Assembly: GCA_002269645.1 (NCBI GenBank)
Contig: NIVC01005233.1
Span: 1 to 19,518, forward strand
Origin: Macrostomum lignano
Taxonomy: Eukaryota
Direction of reading: 5' to 3'
DNA: 19,518 nucleotides
Made by a program: the position numbers and the translations under genes. Below, piece by piece: positions 1 to 8,900 of the stretch. The notes under the pieces are model-generated. The model was not told where the DNA came from, searched no databases, and was given only the letters and a program-made list of their open reading frames with translations. Positions within the stretch are counted from its first letter, which is position 1; each line of letters opens with the position of its first letter.

Positions 1-110
1 GATCGCTGCAGAGACCCTCGATAAAAATCTGTGGCTTTCTGCATTCCATCTTTGTCCAGTTCTCACTTCTACTGTTGTTAATCATAGCTTTGAACTGCAC
101 TGCTCTGCGC

Positions 111-815
111 TTCTTGTGACTGAGTTTCTTGTGGCTGAGTTTCTTGTGGCTGGGTTCTTGTGGCTGGGTTTCTTGTGGCTGGGTTTCTTGTGGCTGGGTT
201 TCTTGTGGCTGGGTTTCTTGTGGCTGGGTTTCTTGTGGCTGGGTTTCTTGTGGCTGGGTTTCTTGTGGCTGGGTTTCTTGTGGCTGGGTTTCTTGTGGCT
301 GGGTTTCTTGTGGCTGGGTTTCTTGTGGCTGGGTTTCTTGTGGCTGGGTTTCTGTGGCTGGGTTTCTTGTGGCTGGGTTTCTTGTGGCTGGGTTTCTTGT
401 GGCTGGTTTCTTGTGGCTGGTTTCTTGTGGCTGGGTTTCTTGTGGCTGGGTTTCTTGTGGCTGGGTTTCTTGTGGCTGGGTTTCTTGTGGCTGGGTTTCT
501 TTGTGGCTGGGTTTCTTGTGGCTGGGTTTCTTGTGGCTGGGTTTCTTGTGGCTGGGTTTCTTGTGGCTGGTTTCTTGTGGCTGGGTTTCTTGTGGCTGGG
601 TTTCTTGTGGCTGGGTTTCTTGTGGCTGGGTTTCTTGTGGCTGGGTTTCTTGTGGCTGGGTTTCTTGTGGCTGGGTTTCTTGTGGCTGGGTTTCTTGTGG
701 CTGGTTTCTTGTGGCTGGTTTCTTGTGGCTGGGTTTCTTGTGGCTGGGTTTCTTGTGGCTGGTTTCTTGTGGCTGGGTTTCTTGTGGCTGGGTTTCTTGT
801 GGCTGGGTTTCTTGT
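111..815. repeat. 15-bp minisatellite A, (GGCTGGGTTTCTTGT)n, ~47 copies, highly homogeneous
   Basis: Directly visible; occasional units differ by 1 nt in the G or T runs. Confidence 0.98.
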
Positions 816-1300
816 GGCTGGATTCCCCATGGCTGGATTACCCCCTGGCTGGATTCCCCCCTGGTTGGATTCCCCCCTGCTGGATTCCCCCTGGTTGGAT
901 TCCCCCCTGGCTGGATTCCTCCTGGCTGGATTCTCTTTGGCTGGATTCCCCCTGGCTGGATTGATTCCCCCTGGCTGGATTCCCATGGCTGGATTACCCC
1001 CTGGCTGGATTCCCCCTAGCTGGATTCTCCTTGGCTGGATTCCCCATGGCTGGATTCCCCATGGCTGGATTACCCCTGGCTGGATTCCCCCTAGCTGGAT
1101 TCTCCTTGGCTGGATTCCCCCTGGCTGGATTCTCCTTGGCTGGATTCCCCTGGTTGGATTCCCCCTGGCTGGATCCCCCCTGGTTGGATTCCCCCTGGCT
1201 GGATCCCCCCTGGCTGGATTCCCCCTGGCTGGATTCCCCCTGGCTGGATTCCCCCCTGGTTGGATTCCTTCTGGCTGGATTCCCCTGGCTGGGTTTCTCT
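816..1300. repeat. ~15-bp minisatellite B, (GGCTGGATTCCCCCT)n, ~31 heterogeneous copies, ending in one A-like unit (1287-1300)
   Basis: Directly visible; shares the GGCTGG core with array A and abuts it. Confidence 0.96.
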
Positions 1301-1833
1301 CAGCTGTAATTCGACAAGTTTTTATATCTGTCAGACGCAATGGAGTAAACAAAGTTAAAGTGCACTGAAATTCGCAATTTAGTTGCAATCTTTGCTTAAA
1401 AATTAAAATCAACCTGACAGCAATCTGTCTTTTCCCTCCTTTCTCCATGTCCCTGTCCTATACAGCCAGGTGAGGCAGTGGAGCAGCAGTGGAAGTCAGT
1501 GAGGCTGGGATCACGCTAGACTGCTCACCTACAGAACTCCCCATTGTGCAGGTATTAGTTACAGTGAGCTGAGCTGCCGGCCTCCCCCCGCCTTGCGATT
1601 GCATTCACCAACAAATGGGGAGCAGCCATCCCCGTGCGGATGCGAGCGATATTTATTGTATATTGGCAGCTTTTATTGCCTTCCGACCCCTCAGTCAAGC
1701 TGTTCAGGTTTGGCTCTCCGGCTGGGAGTTCATGTCTGTGCACTTCTTTTCTCGCTAAATAGATGCAGATATTATAGAATAAGTGTTACTGAGTGCAAGC
1801 ACTAACTATTTTCAGTCAGTCAGTCCTTCAATG

Positions 1834-2130
<297 letters not shown>

Positions 2131-2527
2131 TCTCCACAGGTTTAAAAATCTCAGCCGGACTGAGAGAGAGTTTGTCCAGCGCAAACGCCTTCCCCCGCAC
2201 GCTCTTCATCGCTCAGCCTCCCTGCCGCTCCTGTTTGTCTTTCCCTTCCGCACCGGAGTTTGGCGGCGAAAATCAAAAGTTTTAGCCAGGTGGTCTTACC
2301 CCCCCCCCCTTAGCTCCGAGAGCCTTAACTTGGGCAGTCCTTACGGCGATCTGTGAGAGATCGGAAGAGAAACATGTAGGTTGACCAAGTGCTCATAAAT
2401 GATTAACTGCACTACCCCTGCCAGAGCTGCAATGGCCGTAAAGGGAATGAATGAATGCACAAACATTGTGATAACTCATCGTCCCAATCATAGAAGTACT
2501 ACAGACAGCTGAGATACTCGTATAAAA

Positions 2528-3176
2528 ACGCTACACTCGGTTTTCTTAGAAAGCTGGAGACTGATAGAGAACGTATGTTGTTCGCATTGCTAGTGCATTT
2601 AGTATGCTCTAGAGAATGCATAGCTCTGAATGAGGTTTCGTCATAGACAAAATCGGTCGACAAAATCTGATTTCTCAGTAGAGCTTTCGGGGGAATTGCT
2701 GAGATGTCAAGGCTTACTGGGGGAATTGCTGAGATGTCGAGGCTTACTGGGGGAATTGCTGAGATGTCAAGGCTTACTGGGGGAATTGCTGAGATGTCGA
2801 GGCTTACGAGGGGAATCGCTGAGATGTCAAGGCTTACGGGGGAATCGCTGAGATGTCAAGGCTTAGGAGGGAATCGCTGAGATGTCGAGGCTTACTGGGG
2901 AATTGCTGAGATGTCGAGGCTTACGAGGGGAATCGCTGAGGTGTCAAGGCTTGCGGGGGGAATCGCTGAGATGTCGAGGCTTACGGGGGGAATTGCTGAG
3001 ATGTCAAGGCTTACGAGGGGAATCGCTGAGATGTCAAGGCTTACTGGGGGAATTGCTGAGATGTCGAGGCTTACTAGGGAAATTGCTGAGAGATCAGAAT
3101 ATTTGTTTCCATTCTTTGTTGCCTCTCCAACGGGGCGCTGATTGCTAGTCATTTCTAAGAAAATTGAGAGTAGCGT
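2528..3176. mobile_element. Putative non-autonomous TIR element (MITE-like, ~650 bp) carrying an internal 30-bp minisatellite
   Basis: 2528-2552 ACGCTACACTCGGTTTTCTTAGAAA is an inverted repeat of 3152-3176 (reverse complement ACGCTACTCTCAATTTTCTTAGAAA), 22/25 identical. A second inner inverted pair lies at 2666-2678 / 3086-3098 (12/13). No transposase ORF. Copy number not verifiable here. Confidence 0.6.
2688..3092. repeat. 30-bp minisatellite, (GGGGAATTGCTGAGATGTCRAGGCTTACTG)n, ~13 copies
   Basis: Directly visible; some 29-nt units have a shortened G run. Confidence 0.97.
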
Positions 3177-5092
3177 CCCTTCTGCTTCAGCTGTCCATGT
3201 GAAATACCTGAAATTGCTTTTCCTCAAGCTGTAGTTGCACTCCCTATCTTATTTCCTTTCAAGTCTAAAAAGAACAATGCCAAGACAAAGACAACGCAGA
3301 ATCATTTCCTTTGACAAATTCCGCATATGTTTGTCGAACGGACTTCATCAGCCAGTCAAATATCTCTGATCGATTTTTTTTTCAGTTTTTCCTAACCCAC
3401 TCAGGATGTCATTAACGATTGATGGGGTACCAAAGTGAAAAAAGTGGAATTCGGATAAAACACGGGCACAGAGAGTCTCGGGCCTAACAAGTGCTGCCGC
3501 AGATCGGCTCTGCGTGGATATCTGTGTAGTCTCTGTGCCAATATAGAAGGCAAAAATCTATATAGAGATAATGATAGCAACTGAGCTCTCAAACGACAAG
3601 GGCTGCTTGAGATGATGAAGATATCGCCAGCAAAGGACTGGAATGAGAAGCGCCACAAGGCGGAGCGGACAGATGAGAACGAGCTGATAAGCCAACGCAT
3701 TGAGAGCTGCAGCTATCGGTAAAAAGAGACAAAAAATTTCGATTAGCCTTATACAACTGAGTGGCTTCTGATGGGGCTAGCCATGCAGATGAGTCCCCCG
3801 CCCCTGAGTTCCAGCCTAATAAAAGGTATGTAATTAATTTAAACAAAGCTTAGGCCCCACTGCCCGATAAGAATTAGCATTCTCTACCCTACGGGACGAA
3901 GCAGTAGTCTGTTTGTTTAAACGAAATCGTTAAAATCCTCTTCTGCTGGTCTTTGCCAGAGCGGGCTTAAATCTGATTCTAACCAAGCAGTCCATGCAGA
4001 ACTGTATATGCCGCCATTGCATGCAATCAGCTGTACGAAAGCATTGCGCAACAGTAAAATCTTTCCAATGCGGAACAGGACAGCCCGAGGGTGGGACAGG
4101 CTTAGGGAGGCATGATGAGGCAGCGGAGAGTCTGCATCACGCCGAGGTCCCATCTGTCAGCTGCGCCCGGTCAGGGTTGGGGGTGTGCCCAGATTTTCAT
4201 AGAACAACTTTTTGAAAATCTGGCAGTGTCTGTCGGAGTCAGCTGTTCGGGGAGCTGCGGCCACTCCTGTGCGAGTTCGCTTCATTTTGGAATGCGTCTT
4301 CTCGACTTTTCGCCAGCCGCGAATTCTTTTGTCGCGAATAACAAGACGCTTTGTGCTCTCCATGCGATAAATAGCTTAAATAGTTTACCCCTCGCTAGGA
4401 GCTGGCTGCAAAGGACAACGAAGAAAAGGTGACTTTGGGTTGAATTCTGGGTCGAATCGAACAGCTAGTTGGGAGCCTGGACTGCCTGATGAGGCTCGGG
4501 GAGAATCAGCCAGCGGATTTGGTGTTCCAATTTTTGACAAGAAATCAGCCTCCCGAATTTTACTGCCAGGATTTTTTCTGAATGCTAAAAATGCAAAATA
4601 AGCTGGGAGGCTCTGCGGCTGGAGGGGGTGGGGAGGGGGGAATCTGCAACACGCTCTGCTTCCGGAACAATTATCCCCAGTTGTTGGGATAAAAAAGGGT
4701 GCTAACGACTTCGCTCGCACACGCAGAGAGAGGATAGCAGGGAGCATGGAAATGGTCATTATTTTAATTTTGCAGACCAAATTTTCCGCGCTGTCTGCAG
4801 ATTATGCAGATTACTCTCCAACGGAAGAAGCACTTCAAAAAAAGAGCATTTATTACGACGAGACAGAGATTGAGCAGCTTGTGTGGCTCGAAATCGAGTC
4901 AGGAGCCATTGCTAATAAAATTGAAAATTGCAGGCCACAGTTAGTGGCCAGGCACCTGCTCTTCCAGTGCATTGGCTTGCTTGCGAAACTGCTCAAAGCA
5001 GCCTCAGTTAATAAAAAAATTGAGCTTCGTTTGTTGAATCCAACTCCAAAATCTCTCCCTCATCATTATTCCTTTTTGCAGCTGTCCAGCAA

Positions 5093-5957
5093 ATGCCTCT
5101 AAGCAGCTGGCGCGAGCTTCTGACCTTCGCGGTCGCCTTGACGACCGTCGCATCGCATTCCGGCGTGGCCGCTCTGTATACCTTCGAGAAGGCGATCGAA
5201 ATATCAGAGGAAAGTCAGCCGCAGGCGCTGGGCAATGTCGCTGCCCTTGGCAACCTGTCCCGGCACCTGACCTCCGCCGGCCCGCTCTCCTACGCCCTCG
5301 ATGCACGACGCTTACGTCAGTGTCGACTCGTCCTCGGGCGAAATTCGCTTGAAGGCGTCCATCGATCTGGAGACGATCTGCCGGTCCACTGCGAAGTGCC
5401 CGCATGGCGGCCGGCACGCCTTCTCTGTGGTGGTCCGCGAGCTGCCACCGCCGACGCAGCCGCAGCTGCAGGGCCGGCGGTTGGCGCGCGGCAGGTTCAC
5501 CTTGATCGTGCGCGACATCAACGACCACGCGCCGAGGTTTCAGTCAACCTACGAAGAGATCCAGCGGGACGAGTCCGTCTGCCTGGTGCCGGGGGTCGCC
5601 TGTCCGAACCCGCGGGTCGACCTGCCGATCGCCAAGGACGACGACTTCTCGCCGGAACTCAGCCGGGTGACGTACACCATCGACCCGGCCAGCGCCAGCC
5701 CGGAGACCTTGGAGACCTTCGAGTTGAATGTGGACGAGTACGGCAACCCCTACCTGCTGATGAAGAAGGGCCTGGACGCTGAGAGGCAGCAGAGCTACCA
5801 GTTCGACCTCGTGGCCCAGGACGGACACGGTCGGAAGGGCCGCATCACCGTCCGCGTGGTCATCAAGGATGTCAACGATAACAGTCCGGAGTTCGAATCT
5901 AAACGCACATCGGTTCGAGTGTCCGAGGACAAGGCCAAAGGTTACGTGATTGCAAAG
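5093..5957 (+). CDS. Protocadherin coding exon 1: signal peptide, EC1, EC2, start of EC3 (contains frameshift at ~5300)
   Basis: ORF 5093 frame gives the signal peptide and ...GPLSYAL. ORF 5301 frame gives HDAYVSVDSSSGEIRL...IDLETICRSTAKC...DINDHAP...DVNDNSP...GYVIAK. Donor AAG|GTGAGT at 5957/5958, phase 0. Acceptor TTTTTGCAG at 5073-5081 lies 11 nt before the ATG. Confidence 0.9.
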
Positions 5958-8900
5958 GTGAGTCAGAGGTGCTAAAATTTCAGGAGAAACATTTTGCTCC
6001 TTCATCATTTTTTGGGTCGCACAGCAGATAAGACGGCTGGTTTTGACAACCGGTTGAAAATTCCGGTCATTTTCGTTTGAATGTTTCTTTAGTTTTATTT
6101 ACTCGGGTAGATGAATCGGTGAAAAAGGAAACACAGAATGGAAGAGAGGCAAAAGTCAGGCAACGGAGAGAGGGAGCCGAAGTAATTCATTCAGAGATTT
6201 GTGGAAAAAACTTTATGGGCTCGAGAGAGTGAAGGGCGCCATCTCTCAAGTCTCAGAGGGCAGAGTCGGAAGGATCAGCGGGAGGGTCAGCGAGGCTGGC
6301 TGGTGCTGCTGGTAGCTTCTGTCGGCAAGTCAAGGAAGGATGTGAGCAGAGCAGGCCAGGCGAGTCCTGTGCTGTCCTCTGCTTCTTCAGGAGGTCCCCG
6401 GGTTGGAGCAGCTGTGACTCACTTGCAGAGCCGGCGCCAGCAGCCAGCGAATGCATGATTAATAAGCCAACCCCGCCGACCAAAAAACACCAACGGACTG
6501 GGGGGGGGCTGCGTTGGCTGCCGGGTGCTGCAGTCAGCCCAAATCATACAGGCATATCCCAAAGCCAGGGGGGCTTATCTTGGCCGCTAATCACCCCCAG
6601 CCTCCACACTGCTCATTAGTCTGATGGGGCACAGGGAGAGGCTGAGAAGATGATGGCGTCTTATAAGTTACAATATGCCAAATAATGAATTGCTATCCCC
6701 GCGTACTGCATTGAAATCTATCGCTTGGCTGCCCGACAACTGCCAGTGGCTTGGCTCGTGCTTTTTACTTAATTATTTCTAGTCTATAGCAGTGTATGCA
6801 TGCAATTCCGTAATAGAGTCTTAGCTAAGCACTCTTACTGGACCGGGTTTTTTGTTTAACCTTTTCTCGAGCTCACTCTGCTGCGAGTCCCAAGTCTCCG
6901 CGTCCGTCTGCAGCTCTCTTCCTCTCTCTCTCGTTAGCCTCAGCTCAAGAGAGCGCACCTCTTGAGCAGTGTTGTGCCCACCACTGCGCACCCAAAGTGT
7001 TCACACATTCACACAGCCGGTAGTTCAAACGACACACACACACGCACACACTTTCAACTTGTGGCGGCAAGGCGGCGAGCTGATCACCCAACTCCTCCCA
7101 GACACACAAAATTTTGCTTTGCGCACTCAAAGGTCCACTTCTCTCTCTCTCTCGCTTTCACTCAGCTGGTGAGGTGCTTGTCGCAGTGCCGCCAGACCCA
7201 CCCGCCTCCAATCCTATTTGATCCTATTTCCCAGTGTGGCTGCGGTTATCCCCTACTTTTGCCACCTCCCCTTGTCCGCCCACTTCATCCAAGTGGCCGC
7301 CTCGGCCGTGCAGCCTCCCCCTCCCTCTCTCACCCAGCTACTAATGGGATAAACGGCTGAGCATTGGAGAGCCTTGAGCAAAGCTTTCTGTGCCCCTCCC
7401 CTCTCTCTCTCTTTCCCGTCTTCAAGTGCGGCAAGTGTGAAATCTCCCATCTAGGCATGCGAGTTCCCATGGCCCATAAGGGAATTAAAAGGCAGTACTT
7501 GGTACGCATCTTTAGGCAACAATAGATGCAATGAAAGTTACCATGAATCTGGCTATGTTAAAAATTTTACAAATGTCATTTATTGTTAGCCAAGTCCTGA
7601 GATGCAATTCAGGAGCTGACGCTGCGGGCGGCCGCACAATGGAACCCAGCGGAAGCGCTACTCCACAATACTCTGATTACTTTTGTTGAGATGAACTCAT
7701 CAGCATCCGTGAGAGGGTCATGCTGTGATTGCAGCGCTTGAAAGTGAGCACGGAGCCACGATGATCTTAACTGCTTTTTTAAGAAAGAAAATAGCAGAAA
7801 ATTGCGGAAGCGGCAGCTGGGGAACGGCTGTCTGGCACCGCCAAGACTCTCCTAACTTAGCAACCAGCTACCGATCCAAAAGGCTTTGCAAAATCGACAT
7901 GGAAAGAGAAAAGAGATTTCCACTCTCTCTCTGCTCGCAGGTTCGAAGCCCGACGCGAGTAGCTCGTAAAAAAGCCCCCCCCTCTCCCTATTCACGACCA
8001 GCACAGCTGATTTGGGCATAATGGGCCCGGCCCAGGGGGCAGAAGCGGAGAACAAGCCCAAAGAGATTACTACTAGAGGCGGGCCGGAGGGTTAATCAGA
8101 GAGCCTCCGCCCGCCCCCTGAGGGGACGCCTGTTGACCCCTCCCAATGATGAGGCGCTCATAGCAGTTTGTGAACAAGACTCAATGGTGATTAAACCGAT
8201 CGAATCGCCGCATTGCTAACGAGTGCAGAGCGGCGGGGAGTAGTTTTAAAGTACTGAATATTTTCCAGTTTCATTTCTGTGCGCTCTCTGTGAGCAGCTG
8301 GGGACAAGCAAAACTCCGTGACAGCCGGTGCGCCACCCTCCCGATGAAGATAAACCCAGAAGGAGACGCTCTTCAGTTCGCTATAAAACCGACTAAAGCC
8401 AATGAGTGTGATCGACTGGGGCCTCGAATTCCTAAGGATTTTTTCCCTCAAAGTTCGGCCACTTTTATTACCGGCTTTCCCCTTTCGAGTTCATCAGAAA
8501 TGCGACCGTCTTTTCCCATAAAGCCGATGAATTCCCGACTGTGAGTCCCGTTGGGGATAAAAGCCGCGCGGAGGGCCGGTGGGGCGCCCGCCCGCTCACT
8601 TCTCTGTGATTATTTCAGACCAGGAAAGATGGAGAAAAGAAAAATATCTAGCAAAGAAATGCCTTTTTTAACTTCAGTTTTCAACCCGACTGACTGACTG
8701 ACTGGCACTACAGGGGGGAGGGGGGCGGGCCAAGCTTCGCTTGAAAGATCGAAAAAATGAGGATCATTTAAAAAAACCCTGCTTTCTTCGTACTTTTTTC
8801 TCGCTTAAAAACTACCCAAAGTTCGACATCATCATTTTCAGCCCCCGGCAACCATTGCCCCCCCCCCGTGTTTTCACCGCTTAGCCGCTCACCTGTGGCT

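Noticed and set aside
816-1286. NF-kB-like TGGATTCCCC sites in array B
   Set aside because: They mismatch the conserved 5' GGG, and there is no other evidence.
78-1448. Long ORFs in several frames (456, 402, 296, 282 aa)
   Set aside because: They are translations of the 15-mer arrays. Array A lacks A on the + strand and T on the - strand, so stop codons cannot occur.
2630-3227. ORFs with 10-aa periodicity (ELLRCQGLLG etc.)
   Set aside because: Artefacts of the 30-bp array.
4471-4525. Hammerhead ribozyme core (CTGATGA at 4486-4492 with possible GGCT/AGCC stem)
   Set aside because: No GAAA follows the putative stem II, and stems I and III cannot be built.
4746-5102. 118-aa ORF upstream of the gene
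   Set aside because: AT-rich, no recognisable domain, and it runs through the acceptor's pyrimidine tract.
5300-5782. C-terminal part of the 229-aa ORF as a real protein
   Set aside because: Arg/Ala/Gly-rich off-frame reading of the cadherin exon after the frameshift.
5004-6008. Antisense ORFs over exon 1 (similar ones occur over exons 2 and 4)
   Set aside because: Expected shadows of GC-rich codon usage, with no recognisable domain.
6047-6056. Perfect Grainyhead palindrome CAACCGGTTG near the start of intron 1
   Set aside because: A single 8-bp match has a substantial chance of occurring in 19.5 kb, and there is no further support.
7032-7153. Short (CA)n and (CT)n runs, with other GA/CT runs scattered through the introns
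   Set aside because: Short, common simple repeats; not informative alone.
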